Part shown: positions 9,555 to 20,450 of the stretch, piece after piece | Layout: every line of letters starts with the position of its first letter | How positions within the stretch are numbered: the stretch's first letter is position 1 | From: Patescibacteria group bacterium | Lineage (GTDB): Bacteria; Patescibacteriota; Minisyncoccia; Moranbacterales; GWC2-37-73 | Length of the DNA stretch: 64,000 nt | Reading direction: 5' to 3' | NCBI GenBank assembly: GCA_022709565.1 | Contig: JAKLIO010000001.1 | Location: forward strand, 73,927 to 137,926 | Notes under the pieces: generated by a model | What the model was told of the DNA's origin: nothing | The model's input: the letters and a program-made list of their open reading frames with translations, nothing else | Database searches by the model: none | Program-made: the position numbers and the translations under genes

Positions 9555-9617
9555 GGTAACCCCCTTCTTTTTTTAGTTTATTCCAAAGAACTTCAAAAAA
9601 ATATAGCATTTTTTGAG

Positions 9618-10511
9618 TTAAACGTCAATAGCCTCTTTTTTTCTGTTTACAGCACGTAGCAAGCGGGTGACCGGCGCGAAGCTTTGGCGATGAATCTCGC
9701 AAGGTCCATATTTGGAAAGCGCGTCCATATGCATTTTAGTTCCATAACCTTTATGTTTGTCAAAACCATACTGCGGATATTTAGCATGCATTTCCATCAT
9801 TATTCGGTCCCGCGTCACTTTAGCAATGATGGAAGCCGCGGAAATTGATTTCACGATTTTGTCACCGCCCACCACCGCCTTTTGTTCCATGGAAAAATTT
9901 GGAATTATCTTGTTTCCATCAACTAGAATTATGTATCTCGTATCTTGTATTTGGTATTTAGTATTTTTAAATTCTTTGTCATTTTGATTTTGGAATTTAT
10001 TTGTCATTGGCAATTTGTCATTTGTCATTTCTCTTTTTAGGGAGACTACCGCTTTTTTCATCGCCAAGAAACTTGCTTCCAGAATATTGATTCGATCGAC
10101 TGTTTCATGATTGCAGAGTCCCACTCCGACATGAAAATTTTCATGAATAAAATCAAAAACCTTTTCCCGCTGTTTTTCGGAAAGTTTTTTGGAGTCTCGG
10201 ACCAACTCCCACATATTAGTATCTGGTATTTGGTATCTAGTGTTTGGTGTATTTTCTTCGGTTTGATTATTTGAACCTTGGTCATTGGTTATTGTTTGTA
10301 TCTTGTTGCTTGGTGATTGGTTATTGCGAAGGAGCACTGCTGCTGCCACTACTGGTCCGCAAAGCGGTCCGCGCCCGGCTTCATCCACTCCGATCACAGC
10401 ATCGAAGCCCTGTTCCAAGAGCTCTTTTTCTAAGTTAAATGTCGACCCCGCACTAACTTTGCGGTTTTTTGGCTTGTTTTCTTTATTGGTTGTTATTTCT
10501 TGTTTCTGCAT
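9618..10511 (-). CDS. rnhB: Ribonuclease HII, with two low-complexity insertions
   Basis: VIGVDEAGRGPLCGPVVAAAV and GGDKIVKSISAASIIAKVTRDRIM are the RNase HII hallmarks. There are Asn/Gln/Thr-rich insertions encoded by tandem nucleotide repeats at about 9975-10030 and 10205-10325. Confidence 0.85.
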   Translation of the reverse strand: MQKQEITTNKENKPKNRKVSAGSTFNLEKELLEQGFDAVIGVDEAGRGPLCGPVVAAAVLLRNNQSPSNKIQTITNDQGSNNQTEENTPNTRYQIPDTNMWELVRDSKKLSEKQREKVFDFIHENFHVGVGLCNHETVDRINILEASFLAMKKAVVSLKREMTNDKLPMTNKFQNQNDKEFKNTKYQIQDTRYIILVDGNKIIPNFSMEQKAVVGGDKIVKSISAASIIAKVTRDRIMMEMHAKYPQYGFDKHKGYGTKMHMDALSKYGPCEIHRQSFAPVTRLLRAVNRKKEAIDV

Positions 10512-10709
10512 CTTAATTTTATTAAATTTGTTAAAAATTTTGGCTCATAGGGCCTCCACAAAGTTAGTGCGGGGTAAATTTTTCCATATGTTTACAGTAT
10601 ATAGCAGATAACCTTTTATACACAACATAAAAAACCACCGCCTGTAAAAGGCAGCGATTTTAAAAAATTCTAAGATTTTTTAGTTTGTGAATTTGAAAGA
10701 GAAAAAATT

Positions 10710-11837
10710 TTATTTTTTGCCATATATTTCCGGCTTAGTAATTGTAATTGAGGAAATAATATCTTTTAATTCTTGCTCATAATCTTCGCTTTTAACATAA
10801 GAAAACCACACCAAAATTCCATTACCCGAAGTTGCTGAATATTTAGAGTCATACATGTTGCCCGAGGGACCATATAAATGACCAATTTCAAATTCTATAT
10901 AAGTTTTGTCATCTTTGGTATGTGTATCGCCTTCACCAAGATAAGGAATCACTTTTCTGTTTTTAATTACAATCTTTCCCTTTTCAATTTCCGTATCATA
11001 AAGTATATCAGCAGGACCAAAAGGACCCCTCCCATCCGGTACCACAAATTCAATCGTTGGGTTTCCTGGTCTAGCTGTATCAAATAATTTCAGCGTTCTT
11101 ATTGTACCTGCTTTAAGATTGCTTACTGGATCCATTGTATATGTTTTAGGATATTTAAAAGATAATCCGTAAGAATCATTTACATATGTCTTCCAATCCG
11201 CAGTTTCGTCTGTTACTGTGTTAGTGAATTTGAAAGTGGAAAGGATTTTATTGAATTCACTAAGCCGAGGTGATTCATTCGCAATAGAAAAAATATAAGT
11301 AAAACTATCTTTTTCTATAAATACCTTATATTGTGGCACTGGAGCGTTTTCAATAATTTGTAAACCCTTTATTCCACTTACTAAATATTCACTTGGCTCA
11401 CTCAAGGCAAGCCCATCTTTTTTTATTTGCTGAATTAGAGAATTTATAGAAGGTAGTTCTGATGCTTTGTACTGATTAAGAGCTATCTGATCATTTTTCA
11501 TTCCATTTTTATCGGAAAAAGAAACACCGAAAACAGTACCTGATAAATCCTCTTTTGTTATGAGATCAGCAGGATATTTAAATTCAAATCCATATTTTGT
11601 GTTAGTATATGTCTTCCAATCCGCATTTTCATCCGCTGGTTGGGCCAATGGAGTTTGTGTAACTGGCTGAGTAACAGCTGGCGCAGTTGCTGGCGCTTGG
11701 GTTTTTTTAGCAAGCAGAAAACCGATGACTCCCGCTGTGATAGCCACAATTGCAACAATAATCACAATCAGCACTATATTATTTTTCTTCGGCTCCAAAA
11801 TCGGTTGTTCATTTGGAGTAAAATTTTCTTCATTCAT
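10710..11837 (-). CDS. Membrane-anchored hypothetical protein with an internal duplicated module
   Basis: N-terminal transmembrane helix (IVLIVIIVAIVAITAGVIGFLLA). The module ADWKTYTNTKYGFEFKYPADL is repeated as ADWKTYVNDSYGLSFKYPKTY. Confidence 0.55.
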   Translation of the reverse strand: MNEENFTPNEQPILEPKKNNIVLIVIIVAIVAITAGVIGFLLAKKTQAPATAPAVTQPVTQTPLAQPADENADWKTYTNTKYGFEFKYPADLITKEDLSGTVFGVSFSDKNGMKNDQIALNQYKASELPSINSLIQQIKKDGLALSEPSEYLVSGIKGLQIIENAPVPQYKVFIEKDSFTYIFSIANESPRLSEFNKILSTFKFTNTVTDETADWKTYVNDSYGLSFKYPKTYTMDPVSNLKAGTIRTLKLFDTARPGNPTIEFVVPDGRGPFGPADILYDTEIEKGKIVIKNRKVIPYLGEGDTHTKDDKTYIEFEIGHLYGPSGNMYDSKYSATSGNGILVWFSYVKSEDYEQELKDIISSITITKPEIYGKK

Positions 11838-11924
11838 ATTTTCTTGTCCTGTTAAATTCTGAAAGACAATTTAATCAGGATGTTTTTAAAAATTAAATCA
11901 AAATCATTAATATCATACCACAAA

Positions 11925-12689
11925 TTACTTATGTATAACCACTGGTGTGCCGATTTCCGCCCAATCATAAACTTCCTTGGCTGAACCTATCCCCAGTCTT
12001 ATGCATCCATGCGAAGCCGGCGTGCCCAAATGATTAGCGCCCTCTTTATATCCGCCGGGCCATTCTGGGAGTTCATGAATGCCCATTTCTCCCGACGGCA
12101 AAAATGCCATCCAATACGGCATCCACAGGCCATAATTTTTTGACCAGGCTCGCGGATGCTTGTTTTCAATCTTAAATGTTCCTATTGGGGTATATAAACC
12201 TTTTATGCCGGAAGAAACCAGAAAAGCTTTCAGAGGTTTTCCATCTTGAAAAATAACAATATTTTGATAGGTCAGGCTGACATCAATATATTTTCCTGTC
12301 AAAATTTGCGGTGTTGCATATAGCATCGCTTCGTTGAGGCGGGTTTCGGGATTTTTGTTGCGTTCTCTGGCCGGCAACGGCACCTCGACTTTTTCTACAA
12401 TTTTTTCCTCAGTTTTTTCCTGGACTTTTTCCTCCTGATTTATTGGTGATGCTGGAACAATAGCAGCTGGAACATCCGTTTTTTCCGCTTCACTCGCTTG
12501 TCCTTCCTGATCCAAAGACTCGCGTTCTTTTGTTATCTGCCGGACATTCTCTTTTGCATCAATTTCCAACACCAGCAACTTTTTTTGAGCCAAATAGGCT
12601 ATGCCCAGAGAAATCAAGATTACCAATAAAAAAAGCAGCTTAATCCGCCAGCTATGTTGTTTTTGTTTAGTAAAAATATTGGAGGTCAT
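11925..12689 (-). CDS. L,D-transpeptidase (YkuD family) with an N-terminal membrane anchor
   Basis: C-terminal catalytic signature HGCIRL, preceded by ...SGIKGLYTPIGTFKI... An N-terminal transmembrane segment is present. Confidence 0.8.
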   Translation of the reverse strand: MTSNIFTKQKQHSWRIKLLFLLVILISLGIAYLAQKKLLVLEIDAKENVRQITKERESLDQEGQASEAEKTDVPAAIVPASPINQEEKVQEKTEEKIVEKVEVPLPARERNKNPETRLNEAMLYATPQILTGKYIDVSLTYQNIVIFQDGKPLKAFLVSSGIKGLYTPIGTFKIENKHPRAWSKNYGLWMPYWMAFLPSGEMGIHELPEWPGGYKEGANHLGTPASHGCIRLGIGSAKEVYDWAEIGTPVVIHK

Positions 12690-12698
12690 TTTTTTAAT

Positions 12699-13895
12699 TT
12701 ATTTTTTCGTAATATTATAAGGAAACGCATCAACAAGTTCCCCTGAATAATAAAACTCGTATGCCAGCGAACCGAAAGTATATTCTGACCCATAAATATT
12801 GATTTTGCTTCCACCAACTTTTGGATTTGGATTCGGCTTTGATTGGGGAAATCCTACATTAAAAAGCGTGCCGGCTATTTCTGGACGATATTTGATATCA
12901 TAGTCAGCCTTTTTCCATTGTGTTTCAAATTGTTTCAAATAAAGCGCGCCATACAGATAGGAATAGTAATGGCTATCTTCAGTCAGCCGGGCATATCTTT
13001 TGTCGCCATCGCTCCCGTCCGTATAATCCAAAACTTTTTCCAGCTCCGGCCCTAAATAATAGGGAGAACTCTGGTCTTTCAAATTATTTTCTATCTGAAT
13101 AGCCGTGTTTTCCTTGACGCCCATAATGCCCAATGAAATTTTGTTGGCATTGCCAAGAATTTTGAGCGGCTGGAAAAATTGCTTGAAAAGTTCACGGCTT
13201 GAATTAAAAAGCCGGACCTGTTCAACAATCGCGCAGGACACCAAAAGGCGCGGTTCAATTCCGGCAGTAGCAGCAGCTTTTTCAATCAGGTCTTTGTCTT
13301 TCATAATTGCTTGCCTGATTGTTTCCCATTCTTCATTATCCATCCAGGGAAACAAAGTTTTTCCCTGCGCTTCGGCATATTTTTTATTAATCTCAGCATC
13401 ATTTGTTTGAGCATTCTCATAATCGCAGTTTGCAAATACACTGCTACCTCCATTTTTTTCTTCAATTCTGATTCTCGCCGCTAAAATCATCTTGGAGATA
13501 AGCGCGTCAGAATCGGTCTGATTATATATTTCAATTATTTTTGCTGAAGTTTGGGGGGAATACTGCCCAATCACATCAATTAAGCAATAATTTTTGGATT
13601 TTAATTCTTTCTTTTCGGAAAGTTTTTTAATTTGAAAATTCAATTCGTCCAAGGATGTCGAACTCTCGGAATTATCTTGAGTTTCGACTCCTAAAACCTT
13701 TTCGCCAGCGTTTGCATTTTTGTCGGTCAATGATTCTTGAAAACGATTATTATTGACGTCGATAGATCCTTGCGCATCCGTCCAGTGCCAACGCACAGCA
13801 AAAAATCCGCCTACCAAAACAAAACCAACTAGGGCAAAGACATGCAGACCTATTTTATAGGCTAAATATAAAAATAATCGCGTACGTTCATTCAT
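12699..13895 (-). CDS. Membrane-anchored hypothetical protein, probably in the same operon as the L,D-transpeptidase
   Basis: One N-terminal transmembrane helix. There is a 9 nt gap to the downstream gene. I recognise no catalytic motif. Confidence 0.5.
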   Translation of the reverse strand: MNERTRLFLYLAYKIGLHVFALVGFVLVGGFFAVRWHWTDAQGSIDVNNNRFQESLTDKNANAGEKVLGVETQDNSESSTSLDELNFQIKKLSEKKELKSKNYCLIDVIGQYSPQTSAKIIEIYNQTDSDALISKMILAARIRIEEKNGGSSVFANCDYENAQTNDAEINKKYAEAQGKTLFPWMDNEEWETIRQAIMKDKDLIEKAAATAGIEPRLLVSCAIVEQVRLFNSSRELFKQFFQPLKILGNANKISLGIMGVKENTAIQIENNLKDQSSPYYLGPELEKVLDYTDGSDGDKRYARLTEDSHYYSYLYGALYLKQFETQWKKADYDIKYRPEIAGTLFNVGFPQSKPNPNPKVGGSKINIYGSEYTFGSLAYEFYYSGELVDAFPYNITKK

Positions 13896-14233
13896 ATTGA
13901 TTTATTATACCACAAAAACTGGCTCTTTTATTTTTTTCCAAACCATGCTAGCATTGAGTATAATAACTTATCTTGCAAAACCCAGCGGCCAGTCCCCGGG
14001 AGATGAAGATAACACAAGAATATGCAAAAAATTTATTCCTATAATTATATTTTCTGAACTACTTTGACAGTGGTTTTTATTTTTGTTTAAAATGTCAAAA
14101 TCCCAATTTCCAATAACAAATAAATTTCAAAATCCAAAGTTCAAATTTTTGATATTTAGTCATTTGGTTTTGATTGGAAATTTGTCATTTGATATTTGTC
14201 ATTAAAACCAATATTTATTTCCCAAAACTTTCT

Positions 14234-17200
14234 ATGTCATCAAAATACACTCACTTGCATGTTCATAGCCACTACAGCTTATTGGATGGTCTCGGCAAGA
14301 TCGATGACCTGCTTAATCGCGCCAAGGAACTGGGCATGGATTCAATCGCGCTTACCGATCACGGCGTAATGTACGGCGCAGTGGAACTTTTCATCAAAGC
14401 CAAGGAAAAAGGAATCAAGCCCATCATTGGCTGCGAAATGTATGTTGCCAGCGGAGACTATAAATCGAAAGATCCGACAGCCGAAAACCGCAAACGCTAC
14501 CACCTGATATTGCTGGTCAAGAATGATGCGGGCTACCACAATCTTATGAAGCTGGTTTCCATCGCCCATCTCGACGGATTCTATTACAAGCCGCGCATCA
14601 ACCGCGAACTGCTCCGGCAATATTCAAAAGGTCTCATCGGACTTTCAGCTTGCGCTGAAGGAGAAATTCCGGCGCACATAATTATGGGAAAATATGACAA
14701 AGCCAAAGAACTGGCCTTGGATTATAAAGATATTTTTGAACCCGATTCTTTTTTTTTGGAAGTGCAAAATCACCCCAGATTTGAAAGTCAAAGAATAGCT
14801 AATGACGGAATCTTCAAATTATCCAAGGAACTTGGCATTCCCGTTGTCGCCACTTGCGATGTGCACTATGTCAACAAGGCTGACGCGGATGCGCAAGACA
14901 TTCTGCTGTGCGTACAGACCAACCGTAAAGTGCAGGAAAAGGATCGCATGAATCTTTTGGATTTTGATTTATCACTTCGTTCGCCGGAAGAAGTGGCCGC
15001 GGCTTTTCCGGAAAATCCGGAAGTTGTTTCCAACACTCAATTGGTAGTTGACCAGTGCAACTTTCAACTGAAGCTTGGGGAAACGCAATTGCCGCACTTT
15101 GATGTGCCGGAAGGTTACACGGACATGAGCTATCTTCGCCACCTTTGCGAAGAAGGACTCAAAAAAAGACTTGGTGAAAATATCGAGCCAAAACATCGCG
15201 AACGCATGGAATATGAACTTTCTGTTATTGAAAAAACGGGCTATGCTTCGTACTTTTTGATTGTGCAAGATTTCGTCAATTGGGCCAAAGAAAACGGCAT
15301 AGTGGTCGGCCCCGGCAGAGGCAGCGCCGCCGGCAGTTTCGTTTCCTATCTGACCGGCATAACCAATATTGATCCGATCGAATACAATTTGCTTTTCGAA
15401 AGATTTCTAAATCCAGACCGCATTTCCATGCCCGATGTCGACATGGATTTTGCCGATGACAAACGCGACAAAGTTCTGGATTATGTCCGCCAGAAATATG
15501 GCGACGATCATGTTTCCCAAATCATAACTTTCGGAACAATGGCTGCGCGCGCTGCTATCCGCGACACCGGACGCGCGCTGGGTTTTCCTTATGAATTTTG
15601 CGACAAAACTTCCAAAATGATTCCCATGTTCACTTCTATCAAAAAAGCTTTGGAAGATGTGCCGGAATTTAAGGAGCATTACGCTTCCGGCGCAGACGCC
15701 AAGAAATTGATTGATAACGCCATGCGCTTGGAAGGCGTGGTGCGGCATGCCGGCATGCATGCTTGCGGAGTCGTTATCACTAAAAAACCGGTCACTGAAT
15801 ATTCTCCGATCCAAAATGTTACTGGTACGCATGCAGGAACAGTGACCCAATATTCATCCTCGACCAAATCCAGCTATGTGGAAAAAATCGGACTTTTGAA
15901 AATGGACTTTTTGGGACTCAAAAACCTCACTATTATCCAAAACACTTTGCGCATCGTCCGCAAAACCAGAAAATTGGAAATTGATATAGACAAGATTCCG
16001 CTGGATGATAGGGAAACTTTTGAACTTTTGCAGCAAGCCCGCACAACCGGTGTTTTTCAATTGGAAAGCAGCGGCATGAAAAGATATTTGAAAATGTTGA
16101 AGCCCACGGTTTTGGAAGACATCATCGCCATGGTCGCGCTCTATCGTCCGGGACCGATGGACTGGATTCCGGATTTTATTTCCGGCAAACACGGCCGAAA
16201 AATCAGTTACGTCCATCCGAAACTGGAACCGATTCTCAAAAATACCTACGGCGTCGCCGTCTATCAGGAACAAGTTATGCAGATTGCCAGAGATTTGGCC
16301 GGTTTTTCCATGGGTGAAGCCGATGTGCTCAGAAAAGCCATGGGCAAAAAAATATTTGAACTTATTAAGGAGCAAAAAATAAAATTTATTGAAGGTTGCG
16401 TTGCTAATAATATCAGCAGCGAAATTGGCGAAAGAGTTTTTTCTTTTATTGAACCGTTTGCGGGATACGGATTTAATCGTTCGCATGCCGCTTGTTATGC
16501 GCTTATTGGCTATCAGACTGCCTATCTCAAAGCGCATTTTCCGGCCGAATTCATGGCCGCTCTTCTAACCTCGGACCAAGACAACATTGACCGCATTGCC
16601 ATTGAAGCCGGCGAATGCCGTGACATGGGCATTGAAGTTTTAGCGCCGAATGTCAATGAAAGTTTTGAAGATTTTGCCGTGATCATTGGCGAAGATGATG
16701 TTGAGAGAATTCGCTTCGGATTTAATGCAATCAAAAATGTCGGCCATGTTGTTGCCCATGAAATCGTAGAAGAGAGAAAAAAGAACGGCAAATTCAAAAC
16801 GCTTGGCGAATTTTTAGAACGCGTTGAAACTAAGGATCTTAACAAAAAATCAATTGATGCCTTGGCTAAAGTCGGCGCGCTGGATGAACTGGGCGAAAGA
16901 AATCAGATTTTAGAAAGCATGGAAAACATTCTAACCTTCACAAAAAATATTCAGAAGAATAAAAATTCCAATCAGGTCAGTTTGTTCAGCGAAACAATTA
17001 TGGAAGCGCCTGAAGTTTCATTGGCTGAAGCAGCTCCTGCCAGCAAAAAACAAAAATTAAAATGGGAAAAAGAACTTCTCGGACTCTATGTCAGCGGTCA
17101 TCCCGCTCTCGAATATCAATCCTACATCGACAAAGTCGCTGTTTCTTTAGACAAACTTTCGTCTGATTTGGTCGGACAAAAAATAACTGTCGGCGGCGTG

Positions 17201-17701
17201 ATTCAAAAAGTCCAAAAAATTCTGACCAAGAATCAACAGACTATGTATTTCGTCGTCATTGAAGATTTGAAAGGCAAGATTGAACTTCTGGTTTTTCCAA
17301 AAGTTTTGGAACGCATTGCCAGCCTCTGGGAAGAAGAAAAAGCAATTTTAGCGGACGGACGCCTTTCGGATAAAGATGGGGTTTATAAAATCATCGTGGA
17401 TAACGCCAAAGAAATCAATCAGGCCGAAATCGAAAATCATCTGCGAATTGAAGCGACAAAAAAAATTCGCGGAAATCAGCAAAATGGAAATAAATTAATT
17501 ATCACACTGCCATCAGACGCTAAGCCAGAAATAATCCAGAAGTTGTCTGAGCTTTTCAAATCTTGTCCAAGCGGAGAATGCAAGATTTTTCTTCATCATC
17601 AGGCCAATAAGCTGGAAACTCCTTTTTCTGTCGAAAATGATTCCGGATTATTGGAAAAAATAAAAGAAATTATTCAAGATGGAAAAGTAGACCTATATTA
17701 A
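14234..17701 (+). CDS. dnaE: DNA polymerase III alpha subunit
   Basis: PHP domain HLHVHSHYSLLDG, then the polymerase core and an OB-fold region, about 1155 aa. I prefer the start MSSKYTH at 14234 over the ORF-track start at 14174. Confidence 0.9.
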   Translation: MSSKYTHLHVHSHYSLLDGLGKIDDLLNRAKELGMDSIALTDHGVMYGAVELFIKAKEKGIKPIIGCEMYVASGDYKSKDPTAENRKRYHLILLVKNDAGYHNLMKLVSIAHLDGFYYKPRINRELLRQYSKGLIGLSACAEGEIPAHIIMGKYDKAKELALDYKDIFEPDSFFLEVQNHPRFESQRIANDGIFKLSKELGIPVVATCDVHYVNKADADAQDILLCVQTNRKVQEKDRMNLLDFDLSLRSPEEVAAAFPENPEVVSNTQLVVDQCNFQLKLGETQLPHFDVPEGYTDMSYLRHLCEEGLKKRLGENIEPKHRERMEYELSVIEKTGYASYFLIVQDFVNWAKENGIVVGPGRGSAAGSFVSYLTGITNIDPIEYNLLFERFLNPDRISMPDVDMDFADDKRDKVLDYVRQKYGDDHVSQIITFGTMAARAAIRDTGRALGFPYEFCDKTSKMIPMFTSIKKALEDVPEFKEHYASGADAKKLIDNAMRLEGVVRHAGMHACGVVITKKPVTEYSPIQNVTGTHAGTVTQYSSSTKSSYVEKIGLLKMDFLGLKNLTIIQNTLRIVRKTRKLEIDIDKIPLDDRETFELLQQARTTGVFQLESSGMKRYLKMLKPTVLEDIIAMVALYRPGPMDWIPDFISGKHGRKISYVHPKLEPILKNTYGVAVYQEQVMQIARDLAGFSMGEADVLRKAMGKKIFELIKEQKIKFIEGCVANNISSEIGERVFSFIEPFAGYGFNRSHAACYALIGYQTAYLKAHFPAEFMAALLTSDQDNIDRIAIEAGECRDMGIEVLAPNVNESFEDFAVIIGEDDVERIRFGFNAIKNVGHVVAHEIVEERKKNGKFKTLGEFLERVETKDLNKKSIDALAKVGALDELGERNQILESMENILTFTKNIQKNKNSNQVSLFSETIMEAPEVSLAEAAPASKKQKLKWEKELLGLYVSGHPALEYQSYIDKVAVSLDKLSSDLVGQKITVGGVIQKVQKILTKNQQTMYFVVIEDLKGKIELLVFPKVLERIASLWEEEKAILADGRLSDKDGVYKIIVDNAKEINQAEIENHLRIEATKKIRGNQQNGNKLIITLPSDAKPEIIQKLSELFKSCPSGECKIFLHHQANKLETPFSVENDSGLLEKIKEIIQDGKVDLY

Positions 17702-17847
17702 CGCCACCAAAGACTTTAACGATTAATTTGGAATATTTTGTGTTCATTTTAAGTATCAATATTTTCAGGAAACATATAATTATTTGCCAGGCTACTCCTT
17801 CTTGCATATACTGAGAGTACCCTCATGCCTTTGATTATAGCAAATAT

Positions 17848-19350
17848 ATGACCCAACAATTATCTCTAAAAGACATTTTAAAAGAGCTCAAAACTCCCAC
17901 TAGCGAGCGGGCCAAATTAATTACCGAGGCGTATAATTTTGCAGTGAAAGCCCACGCCGGACAAAAACGCGACAGTGGAGATGATTATGTCCAGCATCCT
18001 ATCGCGGTAGCCAAGATACTTGCTCAAATGGGCATGCGCTCAAAAACCATTTCCGCCGGACTGCTTCATGATGTGGCAGAAGACACGCCGACATCCTTGG
18101 AAGAAATTGAAAAAAAATTCGGCAAAGAAATTGCCTGCATGGTTGATGGCGTGACTAAATTGGGAAGAATCAAGCTGCGCGGGTCGCATGAAGAATATTT
18201 TTTGGAAAATTTGCGTAAAATGTTCATGGCTATGGCCGCTGACATCCGCGTCATAATAATCAAATTGGCCGATCGTTTGCACAACATGCAGACATTGGAA
18301 TATAAGCCGCCAGAAAAACAAATCCGAATAGCCCGCGAGGCCATGGAAATTTTTGCCCCTATCGCCAATCGACTTGGAATGGGAGAAATCAAAAGCCAGC
18401 TGCAAGATATCGCCTTTAAATATTTAGATAAAGAAAATTTTGATAAAGTAAAAGAACTGGAAGAAATAAATTATAAAAATAAAGAAGTCTACGTAAAACA
18501 AGCAATAAAAGAACTCAGCGAAGAAATAAAAAAGGAAGGCATATCCGTAATTCAAATCGATGGCCGGGCTAAGAGCCTCTACAGCCTTTATCTGAAACTC
18601 AAGGAATACGATATGAATATCAGCAGAATTCATGACTTGGCGGCCGTCCGCATCATTGTTCCAGAAGTAGCCGACTGTTATGAAGTCCTGGGCATTGTTC
18701 ATAAAAAATACCGCCCCATGATCGGTAGAATCAAAGATTATATTTCCCTGCCTAAACCTAACGGATACCAGTCAATTCACACCACCGTTTTCGGTCCGGA
18801 TGGAAAAATAATTGAAATTCAGGTTCGCACCCAAAAAATGCATAACGAAGCCGAGTTCGGAATAGCTGCTCATTGGATATACAGCGAAAACAAAAGCAAA
18901 AAAAATTGGAAGGATTATATTTTTAAGAAAAAACAAACCATCCCAGAAAACGACATTGTTTGGGTCAAACAGCTGCGCCAATGGCAAAGCGAAATTGGAT
19001 TAGACAATGAAGAGTTTATTCAAGGTCTCAAGATTGATTTTTTCAAAAATCATATTTTTGCTTTTACGCCCATGGGTGATATTATCGACTTGCCGGAAGA
19101 TGCGACTCCAGTTGATTTTGCTTATGCTATTCACGGAGAAATTGGCAACCATGCGACTGGAGCCAAAGTCGGCGGCAACATGGTTCCTCTGGATTATCGC
19201 ATTAAAAATGGAGACGTTTTGGAAATTCTGACATCCAAAGATAGAAAAGGTCCAAATCCGGATTGGCTGAAATTTGTCAAAACTTCCATTGCTAAATCGC
19301 ATATCCGCAGAGAAACACGAAAAGATAATGAAAGTATCGGCACAAAATAA
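17848..19350 (+). CDS. rel: (p)ppGpp synthetase/hydrolase of the RelA/SpoT family (short form: HD + synthetase + TGS)
   Basis: HD motif HDVAEDT, synthetase region GYQSIHTTV...EIQVRT, and a TGS-like C-terminus (GDVLEILTS). At 500 aa it lacks the long C-terminal regulatory region of full-length Rel. Confidence 0.8.
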   Translation: MTQQLSLKDILKELKTPTSERAKLITEAYNFAVKAHAGQKRDSGDDYVQHPIAVAKILAQMGMRSKTISAGLLHDVAEDTPTSLEEIEKKFGKEIACMVDGVTKLGRIKLRGSHEEYFLENLRKMFMAMAADIRVIIIKLADRLHNMQTLEYKPPEKQIRIAREAMEIFAPIANRLGMGEIKSQLQDIAFKYLDKENFDKVKELEEINYKNKEVYVKQAIKELSEEIKKEGISVIQIDGRAKSLYSLYLKLKEYDMNISRIHDLAAVRIIVPEVADCYEVLGIVHKKYRPMIGRIKDYISLPKPNGYQSIHTTVFGPDGKIIEIQVRTQKMHNEAEFGIAAHWIYSENKSKKNWKDYIFKKKQTIPENDIVWVKQLRQWQSEIGLDNEEFIQGLKIDFFKNHIFAFTPMGDIIDLPEDATPVDFAYAIHGEIGNHATGAKVGGNMVPLDYRIKNGDVLEILTSKDRKGPNPDWLKFVKTSIAKSHIRRETRKDNESIGTK

Positions 19351-19372
19351 ATTATTTTCCGTCTTGGCAAAT

Positions 19373-19405
19373 AAAAAAACAATCTGCAAAAGATTGTTTT
19401 TCTTG
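19373..19405. terminator. Bidirectional Rho-independent terminator between rel (+) and parB (-)
   Basis: AAACAATCTgcaaaAGATTGTTT, flanked by A-runs and T-runs on both sides. Confidence 0.65.
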
Positions 19406-19430
19406 TTAAACAAGCTATAAGATTTATTAT

Positions 19431-20333
19431 CTATTTTCCTTGAGCCAGCTTTTCAAGCAGCGCTTCCAGATCTTCTTTGGAATAATATTCAATCACGATT
19501 TTGCCGCCATCACCGGCTTTAGAAATTTTTACTTTGGTACCCAGAATTTCAACAAGAGCATTCTCCAACGCTTTCATTTGCGGATCAACAGTAACCTGAC
19601 GCTGATGCGACCTGACAGAAACTTCCTTAGTCTTATCTTCAATCTGCCTGACTGTCAGGTTGCTTTTTAAAATTAATTCATAAAGCGCTCTTTGTTTTTC
19701 CGGATTATCAACAGAAAGAATGGCCTTGGCATGGCCTTCGGTAATTTTTCCGCCAATAAGTCCGCTTTGAATTTCAACCGGTAAGCTTAGCAGGCGGATC
19801 TTGTTGGCAACCAGACTTCGACTCTTTCCCATTTTTAAAGCGATTTCTTCTTGGTTCATTTGAAATTCATCGGTGAGTTTCTGATAGGCTTTGCCCTCTT
19901 CGATTGGATTAAGATCATGCCTTTGCACATTTTCCACAATCGCCAATTCCAGTTTTTGCAGTTCATCCGCTTCACGCACAATAGCGGGAACCTTCTTGAG
20001 CCCTGCGCGCTTGGCTGCTTGAAAACGGCGTTCGCCAGCTATCAATTCATATTGATTTCCATTTTTGCTGACAATCAGAGGCTGGATTATGCCATGCATC
20101 TTTATGGACTGCGCCAGGCTTTCCAATCTTTCATCATCAAATTGCGTTCGCGGCTGATGCGGATTGGCTATAATCTGATTCACGTCAACTTCAATGACAT
20201 ATTTATCACCGCGAATTGCTTCGTCAGCGCCGCCTACCACGCGCTTGGAAAATTCGTCCGCACTTTTTTGTGCCGGCTGTTTATTAGGAATAAGAGATGA
20301 CAGTCCCCTGCCAAGACCGAATTGTTGCGCCAT
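19431..20333 (-). CDS. parB: Chromosome partitioning protein ParB/Spo0J
   Basis: GLGRGLSSLI..., the ParB box IIQPLIVSKNGNQYELIAGERRFQAAKRAGL, and an HTH region. Confidence 0.9.
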   Translation of the reverse strand: MAQQFGLGRGLSSLIPNKQPAQKSADEFSKRVVGGADEAIRGDKYVIEVDVNQIIANPHQPRTQFDDERLESLAQSIKMHGIIQPLIVSKNGNQYELIAGERRFQAAKRAGLKKVPAIVREADELQKLELAIVENVQRHDLNPIEEGKAYQKLTDEFQMNQEEIALKMGKSRSLVANKIRLLSLPVEIQSGLIGGKITEGHAKAILSVDNPEKQRALYELILKSNLTVRQIEDKTKEVSVRSHQRQVTVDPQMKALENALVEILGTKVKISKAGDGGKIVIEYYSKEDLEALLEKLAQGK

Positions 20334-20450
20334 ATTTTTATATTTATCTAAAAAAGTAAATTAATTCCCTACAAATGTGCAAATCTGTTACAAATATACA
20401 AATAAAATTCCCATTTGTGGATTTGTAGTTTATTTGTAGATTTGTGGGGT

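Noticed and set aside
14160-14215. Repeats of the form catttggttttgattggaaatttgtcatttgatatttgtcatt upstream of dnaE considered as DnaA boxes or an origin.
   Set aside because: There is no match to TTATCCACA, and dnaA and dnaN are not in the window. The repeats belong to the TTTGTCATT simple-repeat family.
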